Part shown: in pieces, positions 48,911 to 58,398 of the stretch
Layout of the letters: every line of letters starts with the position of its first letter
How positions within the stretch are numbered: position 1 is the stretch's first letter
From: Candidatus Nomurabacteria bacterium
GTDB lineage: Bacteria > Patescibacteriota > Minisyncoccia > Phycocordibacterales > UBA9973
Length of the DNA: 64,000 bases
Direction: 5' to 3'
Assembly (NCBI GenBank): GCA_023898605.1
Contig: CP060230.1
Coordinates: 387,697-451,696 of the forward strand
Position numbers and translations under genes: made by a program
Notes under the pieces: model-generated
What the model was told of the DNA's origin: nothing
Database searches by the model: none
Seen by the model: only the letters and a program-made list of their open reading frames with translations

Positions 48911-49487
48911 AAAGCATGGGGTCAGCCCAGTTTTTTACTGGAACATTTTTTAATAGATATTCTTTTTCTTCTTGATTACCAGAATACACATCAACCGCTT
49001 CACTTAAAACATAAACATCATAACCACGAAAAGTTAGGTCTTGTGCAGTAGACAACACACAACAGTCGAGAGTTAAACCTATCAAGACTATTTTATTTTT
49101 TTCCACTGGTGTTCCAACTGTCTCAATTAACCATTTAGTAAAAGATTCCGGATCTGGATAAGGCAATTCCGGAACTGCATCTTTGTCTCCCCTGCCTTTT
49201 CTTATCCACTCAGGAGAATTCATACTTTTTACCCATATATTTGCGTCCTTTACATCATCAGGTATTTCAGACTCATATCCAAAAGTTCCGGGGTAGCAAA
49301 GATCTCCCGTATCACCCTGCCTTGGTTGTCTGTAATCTGAGATTATTTCATAGATTTTTATATCCTTTTCACGAAGAAATGGAACAAGTTCATTCTTTAT
49401 AAAAGAAACGCTTGGTCGATCTCGAAAAGCTCGACCTTGTGGATCTGTAAAATCTTTTTGTAAATCGATTGATATTATTTTAATCAT
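48882..49487 (-). CDS. isochorismatase-family cysteine hydrolase
   Basis: VLIGLTLDCCVLSTAQDL with the catalytic Cys. Confidence 0.55.
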   Translation of the reverse strand: MIKIISIDLQKDFTDPQGRAFRDRPSVSFIKNELVPFLREKDIKIYEIISDYRQPRQGDTGDLCYPGTFGYESEIPDDVKDANIWVKSMNSPEWIRKGRGDKDAVPELPYPDPESFTKWLIETVGTPVEKNKIVLIGLTLDCCVLSTAQDLTFRGYDVYVLSEAVDVYSGNQEEKEYLLKNVPVKNWADPMLFEEFKNEIA

Positions 49488-49491
49488 AAAT

Positions 49492-52400
49492 TTATTTTAA
49501 GATTATTTCTTCGCCCATAAATTTTATTTCTTTAACTCCAGCAGTTTTCTTCAAATCATCTTCGAATCCTGAAACTGTCTCTTTGTATTTCTCTGGCAGA
49601 GTTAGATTTATCACATCACTAGGAATAAGACCCTTTTCTTTTCGCATGTCTTGTATAACACGAACAAGTTCTCGATATTCCCCTTCTCTCTTTAGTTCTG
49701 GAGTTATGTTCATGTCGAAAGAAACTTCACTAGAAACTTTTACCTCTTTTACATTTAACTCTTCCTTGATCAGGTCTTTTAAGTCTTGAGACACTTCTTC
49801 TTTTACAAAGAATGTTTGAAGTGGTTGTCTTAGTGGTATGTTTGTCTTTTTTCTTATTGAATTACCCTCTGTACATAAATCTCTAACTTTTTGCATATCA
49901 GATATTATTTGTGTATTTACCTTCCTTGCTTCTGGCCAGCTTGTAAGATGAACGGACTCTACATCATTATCAGTCTTCAACCTTTGCCATATATCCTCTG
50001 CACTAAACGGTGCAAACGGAGCCATAAGTTTAGCGAGTGTTTTCAAAACATAATAAAGAGTTCTCTTTGCATCATTATCACCATCTTTTAGTCTGTCTCT
50101 AGAACGTCTAAGGTACCATGTAGAGAGGTCATCAATAAAACTTCTCATTTCTCTTACCGGCTCAAACAATTTGAAGTTGTCCATGTTTTCTGTAGAAGAT
50201 TTTATCAGCTCGTTTAGTTGTGCAAGTATCCACTTATCTAATATATTTTTTGATTCTGACAAATCTCGACCTGCCCCGTATCGAACTTGTTCTGGTACGG
50301 GGTAAAGCTCATAAAACGCTAGCACGTTATAAAGCAAACCAAAGAACTTCCTGTTTAGATCAAGTACTGTTTTTTCATCGAAGTTTTTCGCGTCACCTGG
50401 CTGGTTGACTGAGTACATCCACAGTCTCAATGTATCAACACCATATTTCTCAACCATTTCTATAGGGTCAACCGTGTTTCCGATTGACTTACTCATCTTT
50501 TTACCGTTGGCATCTAGTATAAGCCCGAGACTTATAACATTTCTATAAGCTTTTCCTGTACCCATGATTCCTCCTATTGCATGAAGTGTGTAGAACCAAC
50601 CACGAGTTTGATCTATTCCCTCACTTATAAAGTCTGCTGGATAACCACGCTGTTTTCTAAATAAACCTTTATATGGTTGAAATGTTTTTTCAGAATTTTC
50701 AAATGGATAGTGGTCCTGTGCAAACGGCATAGAACCAGAGTCGAACCATACATCTAGAACTTCTTTTACTCTAGTATATTCTTTGCCCCCTTTCTCCAAA
50801 ACGACACTATCGATAAATGGCTTGTGAAGATCTATTTCTAGATTTTGATTCATTGGCATTTTTACAAAATCCAACTCTCGCACTTCTGAGTTTTCAAACC
50901 TCTTGAAATCTTCTACAAAAACTTTGTGGTCCTCTTTTTGGTAGTCTTCACCGTGTGGAGAAAAAAGCCCTGCATTTACATAGAAAAGCCAAGCTGGGCC
51001 ACCATGCGTCACAAAAAGTATTTTTTTGCCTTTGTATTTTTCTTCACAATCAAGAAGTACTTTTCTAACCCTTTGTCCGACTTCGAGCAAAGATTCGCCA
51101 CCTTCTACTTTTCTGTTGAACCAATCTTTATCACTACCTTCTATTGCATCGTGAAAATCTGACCAGTTCTTGCCGTCGAAAATACCAGGATTTATTTCTT
51201 GTAGTCTTTCGTCTTTTATAAGGGATTCTTTTGGAAGTCCAAGAGTTTCTATAACAATTTTTCCAGTTTCTAGTGTTCTTCTAAATGGAGAAGTTATGAC
51301 TAGATCGATACCAGCCCCATTTAGACTTTGTGCTTTTTTCTTTGTCTCTTCTTTACCTTCTTCTGTTAGTCCGTCTTGGCCCTCTCTTATATAACTCACT
51401 ACCCCACTCTTGTTGCTCTCGGTACCGCCGTGTCTCATCACAAAATATTTGTTGTTTCCCTTTTTTGAAAGTTTTCTAAGTGTAGTGATAGAATCCACGA
51501 CAATCCTATCTCCATCGCTAGACTCCCATATAGGAAGTGGTGTTCCCCAATATCTTTCGCGTGAAATTGCCCAATCTTTTAGACCGCGTAGCCACTCGCC
51601 AAATCTTCCGTCTTTTATATGCTCTGGTTCCCAGTTTATACTCTCGTTTTCTTTTACAAGCTTGTCTCGCAATTTTTCCATGCGTATATACCAAGAATCT
51701 CTCGCATAATATATAAGCGCGGTTTTACAACGCCAACAGTGTGGGTATGAGTGTTCGTATTTTTCTTTTTTGAAAAGTAGGTTTCTTCCCGCAAGGTCTT
51801 TGATTATATCTATCGCAACTTCTTCATCTTTTACAAATCTACCTGTCAGAAAATCCATACCGTCTATGTAGTGACCATCTTCTTTTACTAAGTGAAACTT
51901 TGGAAGACCCACTTTAGTTCCTAGTGCAAAATCATCTTGTCCATACATAACAGCAGTATGAACAATACCTGTTCCATCTTCTGTGTTTACAAAGTCTGCA
52001 GAATATACTTTATATGCTTTTGACTTATCCAAAGATTCTGGAGCTAGATTATTGAAGTATGCATATAGTGGCTCGTATTCTTTCCCAACAAGATCAGAAC
52101 CTTTTATCTTTTCAGAAATTTCTACGTCACCATCTAGAACAGAAAGTCTGTCCTCGGCGAGTATTAGAAAATCATTTTCTAATTTTACTTTTACATAAAA
52201 AATATCTTTTCCTACTGCAAGAGCAATATTTCCAGGAAGAGTCCATGGTGTAGTTGTCCATGCAAGAAAATATGTGTTTTCTTCTCCTACAACTTTGAAT
52301 TTTGCTGTCACAGAAAGATCCTTGTCGTCTTGATAACCCTGCGCAAGTTCATGAGAAGAAAGTGCTGTACCACATCTAGGACACCAAGGTAGAACTTTGT

Positions 52401-52953
52401 AGTCCTTGTAAAGAAGTCCCTTTTTCTCGACAGTACTCAATATATTCCAGACAGACTCCATGTACTGATTCTCATAAGTAACGTATGGATTCTTGGAGTC
52501 GATCCAGTAACCAACTCTTTCTGTAAACTTCTCCCACAAGTCTCTATACTGCCAAACGCTTTCTTTACACTTCTGATTGAACTTCTCTACGCCGTATTCT
52601 TCTATCTCTTTTTTGGAAGTGAGTCCAAGCTCTTTTTCAACTTGAAGCTCAACAGGAAGTCCGTGAGTATCCCAACCACCCTTTCTCCTTACATAAAAAC
52701 CTCTCATTGTTTTATAGCGAGGAATTGCATCCTTGAATGCCCTAGCTTCTAAGTGGTGTATTCCTGGTTTTCCATTTGCAGTTGGTGGACCTTCATAGAA
52801 AACAAACTCTTTTCTCCCCTTCGACATACTCAGGGTCTTTTCAAAAATATCGTTCTCTTTCCAGAACTCTAAAACTTTTTCTTCCTTGTCCGCCATAGCA
52901 GATTTTGCGACGGTGGAGTTTTTTACGTATTGATTTTTTGTATTTTCTTCCAT
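49492..52953 (-). CDS. ileS: isoleucine--tRNA ligase (type 2) with an inserted histidine-phosphatase (PGAM-like) domain
   Basis: PPTANGKPGIHHLEA (HIGH), the TTTPWTLPGN editing domain, KMSKS and close collinearity with type-2 IleRS; the track start (53115) overlaps the T-box terminator, so the true start is downstream, likely ATG 52953 or 52998. Confidence 0.85.
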   Translation of the reverse strand: MEENTKNQYVKNSTVAKSAMADKEEKVLEFWKENDIFEKTLSMSKGRKEFVFYEGPPTANGKPGIHHLEARAFKDAIPRYKTMRGFYVRRKGGWDTHGLPVELQVEKELGLTSKKEIEEYGVEKFNQKCKESVWQYRDLWEKFTERVGYWIDSKNPYVTYENQYMESVWNILSTVEKKGLLYKDYKVLPWCPRCGTALSSHELAQGYQDDKDLSVTAKFKVVGEENTYFLAWTTTPWTLPGNIALAVGKDIFYVKVKLENDFLILAEDRLSVLDGDVEISEKIKGSDLVGKEYEPLYAYFNNLAPESLDKSKAYKVYSADFVNTEDGTGIVHTAVMYGQDDFALGTKVGLPKFHLVKEDGHYIDGMDFLTGRFVKDEEVAIDIIKDLAGRNLLFKKEKYEHSYPHCWRCKTALIYYARDSWYIRMEKLRDKLVKENESINWEPEHIKDGRFGEWLRGLKDWAISRERYWGTPLPIWESSDGDRIVVDSITTLRKLSKKGNNKYFVMRHGGTESNKSGVVSYIREGQDGLTEEGKEETKKKAQSLNGAGIDLVITSPFRRTLETGKIVIETLGLPKESLIKDERLQEINPGIFDGKNWSDFHDAIEGSDKDWFNRKVEGGESLLEVGQRVRKVLLDCEEKYKGKKILFVTHGGPAWLFYVNAGLFSPHGEDYQKEDHKVFVEDFKRFENSEVRELDFVKMPMNQNLEIDLHKPFIDSVVLEKGGKEYTRVKEVLDVWFDSGSMPFAQDHYPFENSEKTFQPYKGLFRKQRGYPADFISEGIDQTRGWFYTLHAIGGIMGTGKAYRNVISLGLILDANGKKMSKSIGNTVDPIEMVEKYGVDTLRLWMYSVNQPGDAKNFDEKTVLDLNRKFFGLLYNVLAFYELYPVPEQVRYGAGRDLSESKNILDKWILAQLNELIKSSTENMDNFKLFEPVREMRSFIDDLSTWYLRRSRDRLKDGDNDAKRTLYYVLKTLAKLMAPFAPFSAEDIWQRLKTDNDVESVHLTSWPEARKVNTQIISDMQKVRDLCTEGNSIRKKTNIPLRQPLQTFFVKEEVSQDLKDLIKEELNVKEVKVSSEVSFDMNITPELKREGEYRELVRVIQDMRKEKGLIPSDVINLTLPEKYKETVSGFEDDLKKTAGVKEIKFMGEEIILK
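50941..51474 (-). other. histidine phosphatase superfamily (branch 1, phosphoglycerate-mutase-like) domain embedded in IleRS
   Basis: VMRHGGTESN (RHGxxxxN), ITSPFRRTLETG and VTHGG motifs in a roughly 180-aa insert between PLPIW and DLHKPFID. Confidence 0.6.
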
Positions 52954-53080
52954 CCCATTAGAGGCAGAACGCGATACATCCTTATTAGAAATTTCCATAT
53001 TATTTTGTATATTATATTTTTTCATAACTTGTTTTATCCGATATAATCCGCGATCGCGGCCTCTAACGGGATCCATAAAA

Positions 53081-53410
53081 TTAAAAACTCGTCCTTGTAC
53101 AACGATATATATCATTGTGTAAGGACGAGTTTCCTCGTGGTACCACCTTAGTTACTTCTCATTTACAGCTATTTTGGGCTTACCCATCCAGTTCTACTCA
53201 CCCGAACATTTGAAATGTTGTGGCTTTCTTCTGAAAGCATCGGAGAGTGATATTCTCCTCTAGCGCTATAGGTAGAGTATATACAATTATTAATCAAAAG
53301 CAAACGCTGACAAAAAAGAAAAATATCCCGCACATGCGAGATATTTTCCTTTGTGTCGACTTGGCCACAGGTATAAGTCAACACTATGACTTACCTCTCC
53401 CTGTTGGCAT
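53081..53410 (-). promoter_or_regulatory. T-box riboswitch leader of ileS with a sigma70-like promoter
   Basis: minus-strand RNA AACUAAGG-UGGUACC-ACGAG-GAAA-CUCGU-CCUU is a canonical T-box antiterminator (7-nt bulge, GNRA loop); competing terminator CUCGUCCUU...AAGGACGAG-UUUUUAAUUUU (53081-53130); promoter TTGACG-16-TATTAT (53444-53417). Confidence 0.85.
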
Positions 53411-53497
53411 ACAAAAATAATATCAAATAGGTTATGCCCGTCAATACAAAAATAAACAAAAACCAATAAAAATAAAAAAAATCAACAGGTGAAGTTT

Positions 53498-55159
53498 TTA
53501 CATAACTTCTGGAGATTTTATACCTAGAAGATAAAGTCCGTTTTTTAATATAAAAGTAGTTTTCTCAGCAATCAAAAGATCGTTTTCAATATCTTGATTT
53601 GATTCGTCTATTATTTTTTTTGATGCATACCATGAATTAAACTCTCTACAAAGAGACAAAAGATAGGTTGTTATGTAGTGCGGTGCCCATTCTTCTATAG
53701 ATCTATTAACTACATGTTCAAAACTTAACATAATCTTTTCTAGGTTAGATATTTTTGCGCCAGAAAGTTTTTCTGACGGTACATGACCAGCTTCTTTTGC
53801 ATTTCGAAGGAGTGACATACTACGCGCGTATGTGTATTGGATATAAGGACCAGAGTCTCCTTCGAAGGAAAGTGATTTGTCTGGATCAAAGTTTATATTT
53901 TTTCCAGAAACAACTCTCAGTATCGCAAACTTGAGAGCAGATATAGCAATGTCTTCTGAACTAGAAGTGTCTTTGCCCAAACTCGCAATGTCTTGAATCA
54001 ATGTTTCTAGTACATCGGATGCAATAGGTACACCGCCCTCTCGAGAAGACATCTTCTTGCCACGAAGCGTCATCCTGCCATGAGTTCTGTGTATTGTTTT
54101 TTCTTTCCAATCTTTGTCTATTTTTCCAGCCGCTGACAAAACAACGTCGAAGTGAGATGTTTGTTCGTGGTCAGTTATAACAACAGAAATATCTGGGTTG
54201 TATTTTTTGAACTTAAGAGAAAGCAGCCCTATATCTTTGGCCTCATATGTTGGATACCCTTCGCTGTTTATAAAAACTCTTGTGTGTAGTCCATCCTCTT
54301 CCCCTTTGTAGATTACTGCACCTTCACTTTCTACAAAAACCTCTGGGTGCTCTAGAACTATTTTCTTACCCTCTTCCCCTGCCTCACTCTCATATATAAA
54401 GTCATCAAAAGTTGAACCGAGTTTCTTTGTTTCGTTTATAAAGTATTCTAGATTTAGATCTTTTCCTTTCTTGTAAGCTTCGTATTCTTCTCCTTCTTCT
54501 TTTTGAAAAATCTTTCTGGTTATTTCTTTTACTTTCTCTTGAACGTTTTCGTTTTCTTCAAAAGCTTTTACCCCGTCGACATAACACTGACCTAGAAAAT
54601 CCAACTTTTCTTTTGTAGAAGAAAGTCTATCTAGATTTTCTACACCCTTTTCTAGTAGCGACCAAACTGCCTTGCCTATACCAATCGAAACATCTGAAGG
54701 AAAAGAAAGTCTTTTTACATCTGCGCCAGAATATTCAGAAAGTCTGACTATAGATTCCCCTATCGCGTTGTTCATGACGTGTCCTATATGGAATGGCTTG
54801 AAAAGGTTTGGACTAGAGTGTTCAACGATTATGGTTTTACCTTTGTGAATATCTGTTTTACCAACACTAGAATCAATAGTAGATATATATTTTTCTATAA
54901 AATCATCTGTAAGACGAAAGTTTATAAATCCAGGTCCTGCGACCTCAATACTTTTTATCATGTCTCCTTTTTCTATTTTTGAAATTATAGAGCTTGCTAG
55001 TTCTGATGGATTTTTACCTAGTTTTTTAGCAGAAACCATCGCTATATTTGTAGTCATTTCTCCATGAGAAAAATCGTCCGTGTATTCCACAGTAGGCTTT
55101 TCCTCTATTCCTAAATCTCTGAGAGCCGAGACCAGCAAGGCTTCCACATCTTTTTTCAT
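53498..55159 (-). CDS. argS: arginine--tRNA ligase
   Basis: PFHIGHVMNNAIGES (HIGH), GPYIQYTYARSMSLLR and KMSSREGG. Confidence 0.85.
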   Translation of the reverse strand: MKKDVEALLVSALRDLGIEEKPTVEYTDDFSHGEMTTNIAMVSAKKLGKNPSELASSIISKIEKGDMIKSIEVAGPGFINFRLTDDFIEKYISTIDSSVGKTDIHKGKTIIVEHSSPNLFKPFHIGHVMNNAIGESIVRLSEYSGADVKRLSFPSDVSIGIGKAVWSLLEKGVENLDRLSSTKEKLDFLGQCYVDGVKAFEENENVQEKVKEITRKIFQKEEGEEYEAYKKGKDLNLEYFINETKKLGSTFDDFIYESEAGEEGKKIVLEHPEVFVESEGAVIYKGEEDGLHTRVFINSEGYPTYEAKDIGLLSLKFKKYNPDISVVITDHEQTSHFDVVLSAAGKIDKDWKEKTIHRTHGRMTLRGKKMSSREGGVPIASDVLETLIQDIASLGKDTSSSEDIAISALKFAILRVVSGKNINFDPDKSLSFEGDSGPYIQYTYARSMSLLRNAKEAGHVPSEKLSGAKISNLEKIMLSFEHVVNRSIEEWAPHYITTYLLSLCREFNSWYASKKIIDESNQDIENDLLIAEKTTFILKNGLYLLGIKSPEVM

Positions 55160-55236
55160 GTACCCTGATTCTAGCATAAAAACCAAAATTTTGATTTATA
55201 GGAAATTTATGTATAATCAGAAAAAATTGCACATTA

Positions 55237-55791
55237 ATGGAAACATCCTATCGAAAAACCGAAGAGGAAATATCTTTGGTAATTAAAAAGTGTAAGGACT
55301 TATTTCTAAAAAAGAATCAAGATTATGGTTCATCCTGGCGAGTGATGCGACTTCCTAGTCTTACGGATCAAATTTTTATCAAAGCACAAAGATCACGAAC
55401 TGTTGAAGACACCAAAGAAAATCGTGTCGGAGAAAGTATAGAAGCAGAATATATAGGTATGATTAATTACTCAATCATGTCTTTAATTCAACAAAAATTG
55501 GGCGCAAAACCAGAAGCCCATATGGACAAACAACTTCTCTCTGATCTTTATGACGAAGAAATTAAGGAAATCGAAGAATTGAGACAAAACAAAAATCATG
55601 ACTATGGGGAAGCCTGGAGAAGCATGAGACCAAATTCATTTACAGACCTTATACTAATGAAACTTGTCAGAATAAAACAGATAGAAGACAATGACGGCAA
55701 AACGATTGCCTCTGAAGGGGTACGTTCTGGCTATCAAGATATTGTAAACTACTGTTTCTTCTGGCTTATCCTTACTGGATCTGAAAAATAA
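55237..55791 (+). CDS. tandem-repeat all-alpha protein (DUF1599-like; possibly a MazG/dimeric-dUTPase-type NTP pyrophosphatase, uncertain)
   Basis: two repeats, NQDYGSSWRVMRLPSLTDQIFIKAQRSR and NHDYGEAWRSMRPNSFTDLILMKLVRIK. Confidence 0.3.
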   Translation: METSYRKTEEEISLVIKKCKDLFLKKNQDYGSSWRVMRLPSLTDQIFIKAQRSRTVEDTKENRVGESIEAEYIGMINYSIMSLIQQKLGAKPEAHMDKQLLSDLYDEEIKEIEELRQNKNHDYGEAWRSMRPNSFTDLILMKLVRIKQIEDNDGKTIASEGVRSGYQDIVNYCFFWLILTGSEK

Positions 55792-55792
55792 A

Positions 55793-55816
55793 AGCTGGTA
55801 ACCCCAGCTTTTTTCT
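55793..55816 (+). terminator. rho-independent terminator
   Basis: agctgg-taacc-ccagct-tttttcttttt. Confidence 0.55.
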
Positions 55817-55868
55817 TTTTGACAAAACAGTTTCTAAATAGTAGTGTTGGTTTAAATCAAACCCAAAA

Positions 55869-57266
55869 ATGATGCTTAAAAAATTAATAAAGAATTTTGT
55901 TCTCCGAGTTAGACTCGCGAGATTCAAAAAAAAGGTTACCTTTTCTGAAAAAAATGATCAGGTAGTTACAATCTATGACCACCTCGCCCCCGAGGATGAC
56001 GCCATGCTTCAATCTCTAAATTCGAGACAAGCGGGTGGACTCTGGGTCAACCTGAAAAAGGTTTTGAGTGAAGGGAGTTCAAAAAAATTCATGAGCATGT
56101 TCTACATTGGCTATGGACACCGATCAATAGGTGATTGTGGCACAACAACAGTGTCTCTGGACGGAATTAGTATGCTTTCAGCCAAGGCTGTGCAAGACTG
56201 GCCGCTTTACAGTGGACAAGAAACATCTACCCGATACATTGATGTGGAAGGTTTGGGTGTTTATGACCCCATGAAAACTGAAAATTCTTCAGCTATCATG
56301 AAAAAATGGTTCGACTTTTACAGAGATGCTCGTCCGAGACTTATAGAACATCTTCTGGAAAAGTTCCCGATAGAAAAAGGTCAAAAAGAGTCTGTGTACA
56401 AAAAGGCGATCGAGGCTAGGGCCTTTGATATCCTTAGATCATTCTTGCCCGCAGGCGCTAAAACCAATGCCAGTATTCATATGAATCTCAGGCAATTTGG
56501 CGATAAGCTACTGTGGATGAGGCACCACCCAGCAAAAGAAACCTCGTCACTTGCACTTCAAATGGAAGAAATGTTGATCAAAAGGTATCCGTCCAGTTTT
56601 AGTGAAAAAAGATACCCTGAAAGTGAAGAGTTCAGAAAAGATTTCATGCAAAACCATTACCTCTGGACTGGAGGCATCCAAAAAAAGATGGGTTCATTCA
56701 TTCATGGAATAAAAAACATAAGTGAAATGGAATTTATGAGGAGTTTTGGAGACCTTCAGAAAAAAAGGCCGCCAAAAACTGACCCACCAAAGGTTTGGAA
56801 TGAATATGGAACTTTTCAGTTCGACTTTATGATCGACTTTGGATCCTACAGGGACCTCCAGAGGCAACGGAGTGCTGAACAAAGAATGCCACTTTTGACG
56901 ACTGAACTTGGTTTCGAAAAATGGTACCTGGAAGAACTTCCGGAAGACCTGCAAAAAGAAGCTGAGATTCTTATAAAAGATCAGACAAGCGACATAGAAA
57001 GTCTCGCCTGCAGTGATGTAGAAAGACAGTACTACATTGCTATGGGATTCCGTGTTCCGTGCAGGTTTACAATAAAGCTTGCCGACCTGATCTACATAGT
57101 AGAACTAAGAAGTCAAAAGACTGTTCACCCAACCGCAAGAATGGTTGCTCAAAAAATGGGTGGTGTTCTGAAGGATGCATTTCCTGATCTTGTTCTTTAT
57201 TTGGACGAAGAGCCTGCAAACTTTGATGTAAAGCGAGGTACTCAAGACATTGTTAAAAAAGGTTAA
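55869..57266 (+). CDS. tandem-duplicated ThyX-like (flavin-dependent thymidylate synthase fold) protein, divergent
   Basis: two units, each with an HRS/RQRS (RHR-like) segment and the ThyX C-terminal pattern R..LP...T...N.R....LR....A..E.. Confidence 0.4.
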   Translation: MMLKKLIKNFVLRVRLARFKKKVTFSEKNDQVVTIYDHLAPEDDAMLQSLNSRQAGGLWVNLKKVLSEGSSKKFMSMFYIGYGHRSIGDCGTTTVSLDGISMLSAKAVQDWPLYSGQETSTRYIDVEGLGVYDPMKTENSSAIMKKWFDFYRDARPRLIEHLLEKFPIEKGQKESVYKKAIEARAFDILRSFLPAGAKTNASIHMNLRQFGDKLLWMRHHPAKETSSLALQMEEMLIKRYPSSFSEKRYPESEEFRKDFMQNHYLWTGGIQKKMGSFIHGIKNISEMEFMRSFGDLQKKRPPKTDPPKVWNEYGTFQFDFMIDFGSYRDLQRQRSAEQRMPLLTTELGFEKWYLEELPEDLQKEAEILIKDQTSDIESLACSDVERQYYIAMGFRVPCRFTIKLADLIYIVELRSQKTVHPTARMVAQKMGGVLKDAFPDLVLYLDEEPANFDVKRGTQDIVKKG

Positions 57267-57271
57267 CCAAA

Positions 57272-57295
57272 GCCCTGCGAAAGCGGGGCTTTTTC
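57272..57295 (+). terminator. rho-independent terminator
   Basis: gccctgc-gaaa-gcggggc-tttttc. Confidence 0.6.
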
Positions 57296-57350
57296 TTTGC
57301 CCTTGTTATATTCCCTCCTTTTTGTTAATGTTACGAAAAATCAGTAACCA

Positions 57351-57893
57351 ATGATCCTTACAGACAAAAAAATAAAAGAGGAAATAGAGAGCGGATCGAT
57401 TATTATCGAACCATTCATTCCTGAGAATTTAGGTACTAACTCCTACGATGTTCGACTTTCTGAGTATCTGGCTATTTACAAAAGTGCAATACTAGATGCA
57501 AAAGAAAAAAACGAGATCGAACACCTGACAATCCCAGACGATGGATTCATCATACACCCTGGAACGTTGTATCTTGGTACAACTATCGAATACACAGAAA
57601 CTCACGCTCACGTTCCTTTCTTGGAAGGAAAATCTAGCGTTGGTAGGCTTGGTATAGATATCCATGCTACAGCTGGAAAAGGAGATGTTGGGTTCGAAGG
57701 ATTCTGGACACTGGAAATATCTTGTACACAACCAGTCAAGATATATGCCGGTATGCCGATAGGGCAACTCATCTATTTTGAAATCTCAGGAGAAGTTGAG
57801 AACTCGTACAACAAGAAGAAAAGTGCGAAATATATCAATGAAGATCCTAGACCAATGGGTTCGATGATGTACAAAAATTTTCCTCTGAAATAA
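57351..57893 (+). CDS. dcd: dCTP deaminase
   Basis: MILTDKKIKEEIESGSIIIEPF and GKSSVGRLG (dUTPase-superfamily Dcd). Confidence 0.8.
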   Translation: MILTDKKIKEEIESGSIIIEPFIPENLGTNSYDVRLSEYLAIYKSAILDAKEKNEIEHLTIPDDGFIIHPGTLYLGTTIEYTETHAHVPFLEGKSSVGRLGIDIHATAGKGDVGFEGFWTLEISCTQPVKIYAGMPIGQLIYFEISGEVENSYNKKKSAKYINEDPRPMGSMMYKNFPLK

Positions 57894-57894
57894 A

Positions 57895-57926
57895 GCAAAA
57901 CCGCCCTAACTAAGGGCGGGTTTTTA
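57895..57926. terminator. bidirectional terminator between dcd and rplK
   Basis: aaaa-ccgccc-taactaa-gggcgg-gttttt. Confidence 0.6.
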
Positions 57927-57941
57927 TTTGCTTTTTGTTGA

Positions 57942-58364
57942 CTATTCTACGTGAATACCAGCTTGTCTTGCAGTACCAGCAACTATTTTCATAGCAGCTT
58001 CGATATCGTCAGTGTTTAGATCTTTCATCTTTATCTCTGCAACTTTTTTCAGCTGATCTTTTGTTATGACCCCAGCTCTAGATGAGTTTGGTCTACCAGC
58101 TCCCTTTTGGATACCTGCTTCTTTTTTTAGAAGTTCGATAGTTAGAGGAGTTTTGATTATGAAGTCATAAGATCTGTCTTCATAAACTGAGAGAACTACA
58201 GAAACAACGAATCCTCCCATTTCCTTGCTGGACTCATTGAACTTCTGAACGAAGTCTCCGATGTTTACTCCAGCTTGTCCAAGTGCAGGACCAAGTGGTG
58301 GCGCAGCACTAGCTCCCCCTGCAGGGACTTGAAGCTTTACTTTTTTTATTACTTTTTTTGCCAT
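57942..58364 (-). CDS. rplK: 50S ribosomal protein L11
   Basis: VPAGGASAAPPLGPALGQAGVNI; 140 aa. Confidence 0.9.
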   Translation of the reverse strand: MAKKVIKKVKLQVPAGGASAAPPLGPALGQAGVNIGDFVQKFNESSKEMGGFVVSVVLSVYEDRSYDFIIKTPLTIELLKKEAGIQKGAGRPNSSRAGVITKDQLKKVAEIKMKDLNTDDIEAAMKIVAGTARQAGIHVE

Positions 58365-58398
58365 GTTTAAAATGTAAGTGTTAAGCGAATATTTGAAG

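Noticed and set aside
52954-53115. ORF-track N-terminal extension of ileS (MIYIVVQGRVFNFMDPVRG...)
   Set aside because: It overlaps the T-box antiterminator, terminator and U-tract. Alignment with type-2 IleRS N-termini places the real start downstream, at ATG 52953 or 52998.
53169-53384. 71-aa ORF on the minus strand between ileS and argS
   Set aside because: It lies entirely inside the T-box leader (promoter to antiterminator) of ileS, so it is a spurious ORF.
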